DNA from: Chitinophagaceae bacterium
GTDB lineage: Bacteria > Bacteroidota > Bacteroidia > Chitinophagales > Chitinophagaceae
Assembly (NCBI GenBank): GCA_035549175.1
Contig: DASZRL010000014.1
Coordinates: forward strand, 1,122 to 65,121
Direction of reading: 5' to 3'
DNA: 64,000 bases
The notes under the pieces were generated by a model. The model saw only the letters and a program-made list of their open reading frames with translations. It was not told the origin of the DNA and ran no database searches. Positions within the stretch are counted from its first letter, which is position 1. Each line of letters starts with the position of its first letter. Below, in pieces: positions 8,363 to 17,977 of this stretch. Position numbers and translations under genes: made by a program.

Positions 8363-11359
8363 ATGCGTTGTAACCGCTATATCGTTTTCATCACGGTCTG
8401 CTACTTCTTTTTCCTGACGGTCCAGCCCTGCGCGGGGCAGTTGGGCATTTCCATCGACGTCAAGAAACCCCGCCAGTTCCAGGACCGTGTCCTGGGCTAC
8501 GAAAAGACGGACCAGAAGAAATTCTCCGCACCCCGGCATTTCTTCCAGAACGGCTTCACCCATTACAACTACTTTTTCAACGCCAACAATAAACTCAACG
8601 AGATCATCGACCGCGCCCGCCTGGCCCAGCAGGACGACTATGCCCGGCTGCTGCCCTTTTATGACTACTCGCTGGACGCCACCGCCCAGGACCGTGAGCA
8701 GCTGGATTCGGTGATCTACAAGGCCCGCACCGGGATCGTGCTGCATGACCTGCGCAATGACTGGGCCGACAACCTGTACCTGCTCTGGGGGGCGGCCTAT
8801 TACCTGCGGCAGGAATTTGATTCAGCTGCCCTCATGTTCCAGTTCATCAATTATGCCTTTGCTCCCAAGGAGAAGGACGGTTACTACCGGTTTATCGGCA
8901 GCCGGATGGACGGCAACCAGGCCAACAGCGTGGCCAGCCCCGAAAGCCAGTCCCTGGCCAAACGCCTCTTTTCAGAGCCGCCCAGCCGCAACGACGCCTT
9001 CATCTGGCAGATCCGCACCCGCCTGGCCCAGGACCGCCTGGCCGACGCAGCCGTGCTGATCGAAACCCTTCGCCAGGATCCCCGGTTTCCCGGTCGGCTG
9101 CGCAATGACCTGGAGGAGGTCCAGGCCCTCTACTACTACAAGCAGGAGCGCTGGGACAGTGCGGCCGCCCACCTGGAACGGGCCCTGGACAATGCCACAA
9201 ACCGGCGGCAGCGCACCCGCTGGGAATACCTGATCGCCCAGCTGTATGACCGCTCGGGAAAAGCTGACCTGGCCGCCACCTGGTATGACAGGGTCATCCG
9301 CCATACCAACGATCCTGTTATGGAAATCTACGCCCGGCTCAATGCGATCCGGGTCAACAAGTCCGGCGGACAGGACTACATTGTCTCCAATATTGCCGAG
9401 CTGATGAAAATGGCCCGCCGGGACCGCTACGCCGATTACCGCGATATCATTTACTTCATGGCCGCGCAAATGGAACTGGAACGACCCGACAGTACGGCGG
9501 CCGCCCAATTACTGGTCAAAAGCACCTCCTACAATAATGGCAATACCGCCCAGCGCAACAAAGCCTTCCTGCAACTGGGCCAGATCGCCCTGGCCAGTCA
9601 CCGGTACCTGGCCGCCCACAATTATTACGACAGCCTGCTGCTCAACGACCCCGGTCTGCCCGATCCCGAGAAGGTCTCCCGGACCCGGGAATTATTGGCC
9701 CAGGTGGCCTATCACCTGCGGACGATCGACCGGCAGGACAGCCTGCAGCGGATAGCAGACCTGCCGGAGGCCGAGCGCAAGGATCTCGTGCGCAAGCTGG
9801 TCAGGCGCCTGCGCCGGGCCCAGGGCCTTCGCGAAGAACCCCTCGCTGCCGGACAGGGACTTTCCTCCTCCTTTCCACAGGACAAGCCCGCTGACCTGTT
9901 CGGCAACCCGGCGGCCAAGGGCGAATGGTATTTCTACAACGAATCAGTGCGGACAAGGGGGGCCACCAACTTCAAACAGACCTGGGGTAACCGTCCCAAT
10001 GTCGATAACTGGCGGCGGGCCAGCGCAATCAACGCAGCGGCAAACAATCTGGCCGGCAATACCGGTGGCGGACCGGCCGGCCAGGCCCCGGACCAGGGCC
10101 TGACCTTCGATGCCTTGTACGAGCGGCTGCCGCTCACGCCCGCCCAGCGCAAAACCTCGCAGGATTCCATACGCAACGCCCTGTATGCCCTATGCGTACT
10201 GTATGCCGGACAGCTCGAAGACTGCCCCTCGCTCCTGAGTACGGCCGATTCCCTGCAGTCGCGGTTCCCGGATTTCGCCCGGCTGGATGAAGTATGGTTT
10301 TATGTCTACCGCTGCCAGAAGGGCAGCGGTCAGCTGGCCCGGGCCCAGCAGATCCGCGCGCAGCTATCCGCCAAATACCCGGCCAGCGAATATACCCGGC
10401 TCGCGGTCACCGGCAGGGATCTTTCCCCCGGCCGCAATAACCAGGAGGCCACCCGGGTCTATGAAGCCATCTATGAGCAGTTCATCGAAGGGAACTTTGC
10501 CGAAGCGCTGAAACAGAAAAAGAAGGCCGACAGCCTGTATGGCACCATGTACTGGACGCCCCAGCTTCTCTATATCGAGGCAGTGTACCACGTCAAACAG
10601 CGGGATGACAGCCTGGCGATCGGCGTGCTCACCCAGATTACCTCCCGCTACCCCGGCACCCCGCTGGCCGAGCGAGCCTCCACCCTGATCAGCGTCCTGG
10701 GAAGGCGGGCCGTCATCGAGCGGGAGCTGGAAAATTACCAGATCCGCGGTGCCGACAGCAGCGACCTGGCCCGGCCCGTGTTCCGCCAGGCCCAGCAGGC
10801 CCCGCAGCAGCCCCGCCAGGAAGTGGCCCGAAACCCCGTTGCGGCTCCGGCAGACTCGACCACCCAGGTCGTTCGCCGGCCGCCGATCAAGCAGCCCGCC
10901 GTGATTACCGGGGAGCAACCGGTCCTGCACCCGGCGGACAGCCTGGCCGGGAAGGCACCCGTCTCAATCAATGCCCAGTTCAGCTACCGGCCTTCGGAGC
11001 CGCATTATGTCCTGGTCATCCTGAACAAGGTGGACAAGGTATTCCGCAACGAGGCCCAGAACGCCTTTTCCCGGTATAACCACCAGACTTACTACAACCG
11101 GAACTTTGAGTACAGCGGGTTTGACCTGGATGCCGACAACAAGGCCCTGGTGTTCGGCCCCTTTGACAGCGCCGGGGCGGCCGCCGAATACGTCCGGCAG
11201 GCCAGACCCATTGCCGCCACCCAGATCATTCCCTGGCTGAAACCGGAAAAATACAGCCTGACCATCATCGGGGCGGGCAACCTCGCCATCCTGCAGGCCA
11301 ACCTCAAACTCGCTGACTACCTGAAATTTATTGAGCCCTTCCGCCAGGGCAAATTTTAA
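8363..11359 (+). CDS. Large TPR-repeat lipoprotein, PorW/SprE-like (type IX secretion component candidate)
   Basis: ATG at 8363 is in frame with the TTG at 8351 and gives MRCNRYIVFITVCYFFFLTVQPCAG (signal with Cys). About 1000 aa of TPR-like helical repeats (LYLLWGAAYYLRQEFDSAALMFQFI, ALYYYKQERWDSAAAHLERAL and others). Resemblance to SprE/PorW is judged from memory, not from a search. Confidence 0.5.
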   Translation: MRCNRYIVFITVCYFFFLTVQPCAGQLGISIDVKKPRQFQDRVLGYEKTDQKKFSAPRHFFQNGFTHYNYFFNANNKLNEIIDRARLAQQDDYARLLPFYDYSLDATAQDREQLDSVIYKARTGIVLHDLRNDWADNLYLLWGAAYYLRQEFDSAALMFQFINYAFAPKEKDGYYRFIGSRMDGNQANSVASPESQSLAKRLFSEPPSRNDAFIWQIRTRLAQDRLADAAVLIETLRQDPRFPGRLRNDLEEVQALYYYKQERWDSAAAHLERALDNATNRRQRTRWEYLIAQLYDRSGKADLAATWYDRVIRHTNDPVMEIYARLNAIRVNKSGGQDYIVSNIAELMKMARRDRYADYRDIIYFMAAQMELERPDSTAAAQLLVKSTSYNNGNTAQRNKAFLQLGQIALASHRYLAAHNYYDSLLLNDPGLPDPEKVSRTRELLAQVAYHLRTIDRQDSLQRIADLPEAERKDLVRKLVRRLRRAQGLREEPLAAGQGLSSSFPQDKPADLFGNPAAKGEWYFYNESVRTRGATNFKQTWGNRPNVDNWRRASAINAAANNLAGNTGGGPAGQAPDQGLTFDALYERLPLTPAQRKTSQDSIRNALYALCVLYAGQLEDCPSLLSTADSLQSRFPDFARLDEVWFYVYRCQKGSGQLARAQQIRAQLSAKYPASEYTRLAVTGRDLSPGRNNQEATRVYEAIYEQFIEGNFAEALKQKKKADSLYGTMYWTPQLLYIEAVYHVKQRDDSLAIGVLTQITSRYPGTPLAERASTLISVLGRRAVIERELENYQIRGADSSDLARPVFRQAQQAPQQPRQEVARNPVAAPADSTTQVVRRPPIKQPAVITGEQPVLHPADSLAGKAPVSINAQFSYRPSEPHYVLVILNKVDKVFRNEAQNAFSRYNHQTYYNRNFEYSGFDLDADNKALVFGPFDSAGAAAEYVRQARPIAATQIIPWLKPEKYSLTIIGAGNLAILQANLKLADYLKFIEPFRQGKF

Positions 11360-11382
11360 CCAACCGGTTCGGGGTGATTTCA

Positions 11383-11390
11383 TAGATTTG
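11383..11390 (+). promoter_or_regulatory. Candidate Bacteroidota -7 box (TAnnTTTG) upstream of the PBP1A gene
   Basis: TAGATTTG lies 65 nt upstream of the ATG at 11455. No clear -33 TTTG was seen. Confidence 0.3.
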
Positions 11391-11454
11391 ACCGTTCAAA
11401 ACCGCAGCATCCATGCCCTGTCACCGGCAACGGCGGGCTCTATAAAATGTCCGT

Positions 11455-13851
11455 ATGAAAAAATCTGTGCGCATCTTCTGGCTCTTCACTTTCCTGTGCG
11501 TTGGCGTATTCGCGCTGGTAGTCCTGATGGCCAATTTCGGGGTGTTCGGCACCATGCCTTCCCTCAAGGAACTGGAAAACCCTTCCATGCTGCAATCCTC
11601 GGAAGTTTACGCAGACGATGGCACCCTCATGGGTAAATATTACCGGGTCAACGGCAACCGCAGCAATGTGGACTACAACGATATTTCCAAGAACGTCATC
11701 AATGCCCTGGTAGCCACCGAAGACGTCCGTTTTTACGACCATTCCGGCGTGGACATGAAATCGACCCTGCGGGCCGTGGTGCTGCTGGGCCACGAAGGCG
11801 GCGGCAGTACCATCACCCAGCAGCTGGCCAAGGCCCTGCTCAACCAGGGCAGCAAGAACAAGGCCTGGCGGGTGATCGAAAAGATCAAGGAATACATCAC
11901 GGCCATCAAACTGGAGCGCAACTTCACCAAGGAGGAAATTCTCGCCCTGTACCTCAATGCGGTATCCTTTTCCGATAATGTGTTCGGTATCCGCAACGCC
12001 GCCCGCACCTTTTTCCAGAAAGAACCCGACCGCCTGAATGTGCCGGAAGCCGCCCTGCTGGTGGGTATGGTCAACGGGCCCGGCGTGTATAACCCGCGCC
12101 TTAATCCGCGTGCCGCCCTGGACCGGCGCAACCTGGTCATCAGCCGGATGCAGGAAAACGGTTATATCACGGCGGCCGACGCAGCCCGGTACAAGACTCA
12201 GCCCATCGACCTGAGCCATTACCGGAAACTGGATGAGAATACGGGGTATGCACCCTATTTCCGGGAGATCCTCAAGGACGAGATCCGCACGGCGCTGAAG
12301 GATGTCCGGAAGCCGGACGGGACCGAGTACAATATCTATGACGACGGCCTGCGCATCTTTACAACCATCAACCCCAAGATGCAGGAATATGCCGAGGAGT
12401 CGGCGGCCGAATGGATGCCCACCGTACAGAAGCGGATGGATGCTCAGGCTTATATCCGCAACGGGAGTGTCTGGAAAGGGCACGAAAACGTGCTGGAGGC
12501 GGCCATGCGTCAGAGCGACCGCTGGGATAACCTCAAGGACGACGGCCTGACCGACGAGCAGATCCGGGCCAGTTTCTTCAAGAAGGTGCCCATGAAGATC
12601 TTCGCCTGGAACCCCAAGCGGGAAAAGGATACGGTCATGACCCCCTATGATTCGATCAAGTATCACCGCCAGATGATGCAGACCGCCTTCATGGTCATGG
12701 ACCCCGTGACCGGTGAGGTGAAGGCCTGGGTCGGGGGGATCAGTTTCAAGACCTACAAATACGACCATGCCAACCTGAAGACCAAGCGACAGGTGGGATC
12801 CACCATCAAACCGCTGTTGTATACCCAGGCCATGGAGGAGCGCGGGTTCACGCCGGAAACCATGTGCGATAACGAGCCCCAGTTCTTCCAGGGAAACGGC
12901 TGGGTGCCGGCCGGCAAAAAATGCATCGGCCCCCCGCAGGTAACCATGGCGGGCGCCCTGGCCCATTCCCTGAACTGTGCCAGCGCGTATATCATGAAGC
13001 AGGTAGGCCCGCAGCAGTTCGCGGACTTCCTGGGCCGCCTGAACCTGCCCACGAAAGTGGACCCCTACCCTTCTATTGCCCTGGGGGCCTGCGATCTGTC
13101 CCTGTACGAAATGCTCTGGGCCTACAGCATTTTCCCGGGCAAGGGATTTTCCACACGGCCTTATTTTATCAACCGGATAGAAGACCGCAACGGCAATGTA
13201 CTGAAGCGGTTTGACTACAGTGTGAACCGCAAGGAAGCCATCAACGAGGTGACGGCCTACAAGATGTGCCAGATGATGCAGGGAACGGTGGATATCGGTA
13301 CGGCGGCCGGGCTGCGTGCCAGCCTCGGCGCAGCGGAAATGGGAGGCAAGACGGGCACCACCAACGATAACAGCGATGCCTGGTTCATGGGCTATACCCC
13401 CCAGCTGCTCGCGGGCGTGTGGATCGGCTGCGATGACCGGTTCATCCAGCTTAAAAACAACCTGGGCTATGGTGGCCAGGCGGCCATGCCGATCTGGCGC
13501 GAGTTCTTCCGCAAGGTTTATAATGACAAAACCCTCGGGATCGACCGGGATTCCCGCTTCTCCCGTCCGGCCGACCTGGAAAACGAGATCAACAACGCCG
13601 ACCTGATGAACCTGATCCAGAATGCCAACCCGGGAGCTGAAGGGGAAGACCAGGGTGCCGGCAGTGAAAAGGATTTTGAAATCCAGCCCAACCAGTATAT
13701 CGGACCGGAATCCCAGCCGGTGAAGGACGACCAGAAGGATACCGTCGTGGTAAAACCCAAAGATCCCCGTATCGGCGATCCCTACCAGCCTGCTGACAAA
13801 CCGAAAAAAAAGGGCTTCCTGAAACGGCTCTTCGGTAAAAAAGAGGAGTAA
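11455..13851 (+). CDS. mrcA: Class A penicillin-binding protein (bifunctional glycosyltransferase/transpeptidase, PBP1A)
   Basis: 798 aa. GT51 motifs EDVRFYDHSGVD and GGSTITQQLAK, transpeptidase STIKP (SxxK) and KTGTT. Charged low-complexity C-terminal tail. Confidence 0.93.
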   Translation: MKKSVRIFWLFTFLCVGVFALVVLMANFGVFGTMPSLKELENPSMLQSSEVYADDGTLMGKYYRVNGNRSNVDYNDISKNVINALVATEDVRFYDHSGVDMKSTLRAVVLLGHEGGGSTITQQLAKALLNQGSKNKAWRVIEKIKEYITAIKLERNFTKEEILALYLNAVSFSDNVFGIRNAARTFFQKEPDRLNVPEAALLVGMVNGPGVYNPRLNPRAALDRRNLVISRMQENGYITAADAARYKTQPIDLSHYRKLDENTGYAPYFREILKDEIRTALKDVRKPDGTEYNIYDDGLRIFTTINPKMQEYAEESAAEWMPTVQKRMDAQAYIRNGSVWKGHENVLEAAMRQSDRWDNLKDDGLTDEQIRASFFKKVPMKIFAWNPKREKDTVMTPYDSIKYHRQMMQTAFMVMDPVTGEVKAWVGGISFKTYKYDHANLKTKRQVGSTIKPLLYTQAMEERGFTPETMCDNEPQFFQGNGWVPAGKKCIGPPQVTMAGALAHSLNCASAYIMKQVGPQQFADFLGRLNLPTKVDPYPSIALGACDLSLYEMLWAYSIFPGKGFSTRPYFINRIEDRNGNVLKRFDYSVNRKEAINEVTAYKMCQMMQGTVDIGTAAGLRASLGAAEMGGKTGTTNDNSDAWFMGYTPQLLAGVWIGCDDRFIQLKNNLGYGGQAAMPIWREFFRKVYNDKTLGIDRDSRFSRPADLENEINNADLMNLIQNANPGAEGEDQGAGSEKDFEIQPNQYIGPESQPVKDDQKDTVVVKPKDPRIGDPYQPADKPKKKGFLKRLFGKKEE

Positions 13852-14228
13852 CGCCGGATTCCGGCAACCTCCGGATTAACCGGTATACAGTTGTATGCGC
13901 GGCAGCCTGACACAGGCCAGGTCATCTCCCGTTCTTCTGCCGGCAGGATACAGATCCTCTGACGGGACGCCAGCTGACCGGGAAGCTTCCCGGATTTATT
14001 TGCGGATATGGATGAGCCCGTCGATGGAAATGCCGTCTCGCGTCTCAGCCAGACCAAGACGGTCAGGACCGGTACCGGCAGCTGTTGGCTTCTGCCGATA
14101 TAACGCCTTCTTTCCCGTTTACCAAACTGCAATCGTCGTCCCGGTTTCAGTTTCCCTAACCCTTTCAGGCCCGGGCCAGCCTGCGCCCGCACCACCTGGC
14201 GCCCGGCCCGCTAGACGGCGCGTGAACG

Positions 14229-14263
14229 AAAAACACCCCGCAGGCAAAATACCGGCGGGGTGT
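14229..14263 (-). terminator. Intrinsic terminator of the OmpA-family gene
   Basis: 9-bp stem ACACCCCGC (14233-14241) pairs with GCGGGGTGT (14255-14263). On the minus strand it is followed by TTTTT (14229-14233). Confidence 0.6.
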
Positions 14264-14308
14264 TTGAAAGGTTATCGGGCTGCGGGCTGCGGGCCACGGG
14301 TTCGGTGA

Positions 14309-15634
14309 TCAGTACCCCAGTTTCAGTTCCACACGGCGGTTCTTGGCCCGACCCTTGGAAGTCTTGTTATCGGCGATCGGCTGGTCCTGGCCGTGACCGG
14401 TAGCCGTCAGGCGGGTTTCATCGACACCCTTGCTGATCAGGTACTGCTTGACCGCATTGGCCCGGTTCTGGCTCAGGATGAGGTTTTTGTCCGGCTTGCC
14501 GGTATTGTCGGTATGGCCGTCTATCGACAGCTTGGTGTCGGGGTTGTCTTTCAGGATCTGCGCAACCTCATTGAGGCCCTTGAAAGATTTGCTCAGCAGT
14601 TTAAAGCTGCCGGTGGCGAAATAAATATTCTGGGCCGCGTAATCTACCTTTTTCCTGACCTCCTCAGCAATGACAGGACACCCCTGGTTCTCCTTTACGC
14701 CAGGAACACTGGGACACTTGTCTTCCTCATCATTCACGCCATCCTTGTCCGTATCGGGCACCGGACAGCCGTCATAGCGGGCAACGCCTGCCACGGTGGG
14801 GCATTTGTCCTGCTCGTCATTAATGCCGTCGTTGTCGCTGTCAGGGATCGGGCATCCCTGGTAGCGGGACAGGCCCGCCACGGTGGGGCACTTATCCTCC
14901 TCGTCATTAATGCCATCCTTATCAGTATCGGGAATCGGGCAACCTTCGTATTTGGCAACCCCGGGCACCGTGGGGCATTTGTCCTTGTCATCGGCCACTC
15001 CGTCGCTGTCGCTGTCCTTGATCTGGGGAATGATGACTTCCTTGACAGGCGGTTCCTTTTTCTTGCCAACATTGGCGGCAATCCCGATGCTGTGGAAAAA
15101 GTGGTACCCGTTTGTTTCACTGGTCACCGGCACTCGGTATTGGGTATTGATGACGATGGAGGCATCCTTGAACAGGTTCAGCTTCAGCCCCATGCCCAGG
15201 GGAACAAAGGCCCCGTAGTAGCCTCCGTACTTGCTGCCGCCGAGCCCCGCGCTCAGGTAGGGCTGCACCCAGTAATTATCCGTCATCATTTTAAACTGGG
15301 CGGAAGCATCGGCTTCCACCAGCAGGGCGTCCCCCGAGGAAATATCCGGGATATCGGCCCCGGAAGCGGCCAGGGTTCCAGCGAAATCGACGTGATTGCT
15401 CCAACCCCGGTAATAGGTCAATGCCAGGCCCGGACCCATATCCCGGAGTTTGGCCCACTTTTTATCCCGGAATACCTGGGTAATGGTCGTATTGCGAATG
15501 CGATCTGGAGTTACAAAGTCATTCAGAACAAGGCTGAATCCAAAACCGGAGGGCCGTACATAATCGCCCTGCTGGGCGGAGACCGGCGGAATCAGAAAAT
15601 ATATCACCAGGCAGAAAAAGAACAACTTCTTCAT
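14309..15634 (-). CDS. OmpA-family outer-membrane protein with thrombospondin type-3 (calcium-binding) repeats
   Basis: 441 aa with a signal peptide (MKKLFFFCLVIYFLIPPVSAQ) and an N-terminal barrel. Four DxDxDGxxDxxDKCP repeats. C-terminal OmpA domain (GHTDNTG..., NRANAVKQYL, NRRVELKL). Confidence 0.9.
   Translation of the reverse strand: MKKLFFFCLVIYFLIPPVSAQQGDYVRPSGFGFSLVLNDFVTPDRIRNTTITQVFRDKKWAKLRDMGPGLALTYYRGWSNHVDFAGTLAASGADIPDISSGDALLVEADASAQFKMMTDNYWVQPYLSAGLGGSKYGGYYGAFVPLGMGLKLNLFKDASIVINTQYRVPVTSETNGYHFFHSIGIAANVGKKKEPPVKEVIIPQIKDSDSDGVADDKDKCPTVPGVAKYEGCPIPDTDKDGINDEEDKCPTVAGLSRYQGCPIPDSDNDGINDEQDKCPTVAGVARYDGCPVPDTDKDGVNDEEDKCPSVPGVKENQGCPVIAEEVRKKVDYAAQNIYFATGSFKLLSKSFKGLNEVAQILKDNPDTKLSIDGHTDNTGKPDKNLILSQNRANAVKQYLISKGVDETRLTATGHGQDQPIADNKTSKGRAKNRRVELKLGY
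14675..15016 (-). repeat. Intragenic tandem repeats encoding four TSP3-like units
   Basis: Protein residues about 207-320 read DSDSDGVADDKDKCPTVPGVAKYEGCPIPDTDKDGINDEEDKCPTVAGLSRYQGCPIPDSDNDGINDEQDKCPTVAGVARYDGCPVPDTDKDGVNDEEDKCPSVPG. The DNA period is about 78 nt. Confidence 0.8.
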
Positions 15635-15661
15635 AATGAGATAGTTTGGTTATACTAGTCA

Positions 15662-15669
15662 CAAAATTA
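15662..15669 (-). promoter_or_regulatory. Candidate -7 box (TAATTTTG) for the OmpA-family gene
   Basis: The minus strand reads TAATTTTG, with a 27-nt spacer between the box and the ATG at 15634, in an AT-rich spacer. Confidence 0.3.
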
Positions 15670-15776
15670 AACGCTTAGGGTTAGATCCGGAAAATAATTT
15701 ATGGTAAACATGCAATACAACAGTCCGGCCGGCTTTCGCACCGTCTAGGGCAACAGCCGGGTTGGCAAAAGGTTGT

Positions 15777-16193
15777 TTATCCGGCCGCGCCCGCGGGCCG
15801 TTTTTTCCCCAGCACTTCCACTTTGACGCGGGCCAGGCCCGAGCCGGTATAACCCAGCTGGCGTGCAGCCCGCAGGCTGAGATCCACCACCCGCTTCATG
15901 CGGACATGTAGCCGGTCATTGACCTGTACGACCACGGAGCGACCGTTGCGCAGGTTGGTGACCCGAATCCAGGTTCCCAGCGGCAGGACATTGCATGCGG
16001 CCGTCAGCTTTTGCTGGCTGAACAGCTCCCCGCTGGCCGTGCGGCGGCCGTTGAACTTGTTGGCATAAAAGCTGGCAGTCCCATACAGAACGCGCGGTGG
16101 CGCCTTCTTTTTGGACACGGCCTTGCGCTGGGCGTTCCCGCCGGCACCGGCCAGGCAGCACAGAATCAGCAGGAAGGCAGGAAGGTATCGCAT
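15777..16193 (-). CDS. rlpA: Septal-ring lytic transglycosylase RlpA-family protein (DPBB domain)
   Basis: The start MRYLPAFLLILCCLAGAGG at 16193 is an internal Met of ORF 15777..16286 and avoids overlap with the upstream gene. DPBB motif GTASFYANKFNGRRTASGELF...LPLGTWIRVTNLRNGRSVVVQVNDR. Confidence 0.85.
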   Translation of the reverse strand: MRYLPAFLLILCCLAGAGGNAQRKAVSKKKAPPRVLYGTASFYANKFNGRRTASGELFSQQKLTAACNVLPLGTWIRVTNLRNGRSVVVQVNDRLHVRMKRVVDLSLRAARQLGYTGSGLARVKVEVLGKKRPAGAAG

Positions 16194-16203
16194 GGTCAGC
16201 AGG

Positions 16204-17934
16204 TTATTGTCTGGTGCTGGTGTAATACGCGCGCAGCCGCCGGTCCTCCCCGTATACATCGTCATAGAAACTGACCTTTCCATCACGGGCCACGCAGGTT
16301 ATATAGCGGATATACAGGGGCAGGCGGTTGTGCACCACGATCGTATGCTTCTCCTTGCGCTCGAGCCAGCGCCGCAGGGTGTCGGAAGGCAGGTACCGCC
16401 CGCGGGCTCCGAAGACTGCGCTGCTGTCACATGACAGGATATACCCGGCTACCTGGTCCCAGTTTTGTACCCGGACGCAGCCATGGCTCAGGGAACGCAC
16501 CGCGCGACTGAACAGGTAGCGCTGATTGGTGTCGTGCAGGTATACGGCGTACTTGTTGCCGAAGTTGAATTTCAGTACGCCCAGGGCATTGTCGTCCCCG
16601 CTTCCCTGGATCACCTTATAGGGGATCCCCCGGGTGTACCGGGACCAGTCGACAAAATAGGGGTCCACCTCGTTGCCTTTCCCGTCCAGCAGGGAGTACC
16701 CTTTCTTGGCCAGGTAACCGGGATCCTTTTTAAGGCCCGGCAGGATTTCTTTCACGATGATGCTGGTAGGAATGGTCCATTGGGGATAGGTGACCATATT
16801 ATAAATGCTGCTGGTCAGTACCGGCGTGCGGGTGGCCGGTTTTCCGCACACGATCCGCGACTGGATGACTACGCTGTCGCTGTCCCGCACCTCCAGGTAA
16901 TAGCCGGGCAGGTTGACCCAGATATAGCGGTCCGGCATATGTGCCGGCAGCTTCTTATAGCGGTCCATCGAGATGCATATGCGGATGAATTTTTCCGCAT
17001 CCGTATTGTTCAGGGCGTTAAGTACCTGCTGCCCGAATTTTCCATCCGGTGTCAGGCCTCTTTTTTTCTGGTATCGCAGCAGGTAACGGGCCAGTTCCAA
17101 GGAATCCACAGGCTGGTCCGGGTCCCGGACCAGGCTATCCTCCTCGTTCAGCCGGTGAAGCAGGTCCCGGACAAATACCGCGGAATCCTTGTAGGGATAG
17201 GCCAGGAAGGTGTAGTTGCCGAACCGGGCGCTGTCCAAAAAGGCGGGGATGGCGTCCTTCAGTGCCCGGTAGTCCGCATTATCCGGCTCCAGGGCTTGCG
17301 CCATGGCGCGGAGGGATCCTGCCTGAATCAGTTCCTGGAATTTTTTGTAATAAAACGCCCCGGTCAGCACGGTGTCTGCCCGCAGGGTAACGCTGTCATT
17401 GGGCAAACGTCCCAGCCTGATATCGTGCAGCAGCTGAAAAAAGGCATCCGTGGACAGCAGGTCGGCCCGGGCCCACAGCACGGCGTCCTTCCGGTCTTCC
17501 CGGCCCCCGGTATCCCGGGCCATCCGGTCCCGGATAGAGGCTAGCTGGGCCAGGTGGTAATTTTCGGGAAGCAGCCCGTAATAGCGGGCCTGGCCCAGAA
17601 AGCGGAACAGTGAATCCGCCACCGGCAGCCAGTGTTCCTGCCGGGACCACTTTACGGCGTCGCTGACCTGGTCATACAGGTATTTGGTGGCCGCAGGCTG
17701 GAACAGCGTAGTAGAGTCATCGAGTTTGCCGAAATTATCGGCCGCATCCTCCACGGCCTGGGAAATTATGTCGGAGGCCCGGGCGTCGATATCCTCAGGG
17801 GAGGTGACGATCTCCCTGGCCTTGGGGCGGCTGTGGCTCTTGCAGGAACCGAGTATCCAGGAAAGGCTAAGGGCGCCCAGGCAGGCCGCCAGCATGAACC
17901 GGCCGGCCTGGAAGCGTCGAACAGCGTGGTGCAT
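16204..17934 (-). CDS. YcbB/LdtD-like L,D-transpeptidase (YkuD domain), lipoprotein
   Basis: Catalytic motif SHGCVRVQN near the C-terminus. Start chosen at MHHAVRRFQAGRFMLAACLGALSLSWILGSC (lipobox). The track start at 17985 would overlap the divergent gene. Confidence 0.85.
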   Translation of the reverse strand: MHHAVRRFQAGRFMLAACLGALSLSWILGSCKSHSRPKAREIVTSPEDIDARASDIISQAVEDAADNFGKLDDSTTLFQPAATKYLYDQVSDAVKWSRQEHWLPVADSLFRFLGQARYYGLLPENYHLAQLASIRDRMARDTGGREDRKDAVLWARADLLSTDAFFQLLHDIRLGRLPNDSVTLRADTVLTGAFYYKKFQELIQAGSLRAMAQALEPDNADYRALKDAIPAFLDSARFGNYTFLAYPYKDSAVFVRDLLHRLNEEDSLVRDPDQPVDSLELARYLLRYQKKRGLTPDGKFGQQVLNALNNTDAEKFIRICISMDRYKKLPAHMPDRYIWVNLPGYYLEVRDSDSVVIQSRIVCGKPATRTPVLTSSIYNMVTYPQWTIPTSIIVKEILPGLKKDPGYLAKKGYSLLDGKGNEVDPYFVDWSRYTRGIPYKVIQGSGDDNALGVLKFNFGNKYAVYLHDTNQRYLFSRAVRSLSHGCVRVQNWDQVAGYILSCDSSAVFGARGRYLPSDTLRRWLERKEKHTIVVHNRLPLYIRYITCVARDGKVSFYDDVYGEDRRLRAYYTSTRQ

Positions 17935-17977
17935 ACGCGTTTTTACTGTAATTTTCTGTCCGGGTAGGAACAGTATC

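Noticed and set aside
13895-14308. 137-aa + ORF, and the 137-aa minus-strand ORF 13782..14195, in the PBP1A/OmpA spacer
   Set aside because: Arg/Pro/Ser/Gly-rich composition with no motifs. The + ORF crosses the OmpA-gene terminator hairpin, while the minus-strand ORF overlaps the 3' end of the PBP1A gene. The region is treated as non-coding and reported as a spacer finding.
14675-15016. Periodic DNA repeats that could be mistaken for a CRISPR-like or minisatellite array
   Set aside because: They are in frame inside the OmpA-family gene and encode thrombospondin type-3 calcium-binding repeats. There are no spacers and no cas genes.
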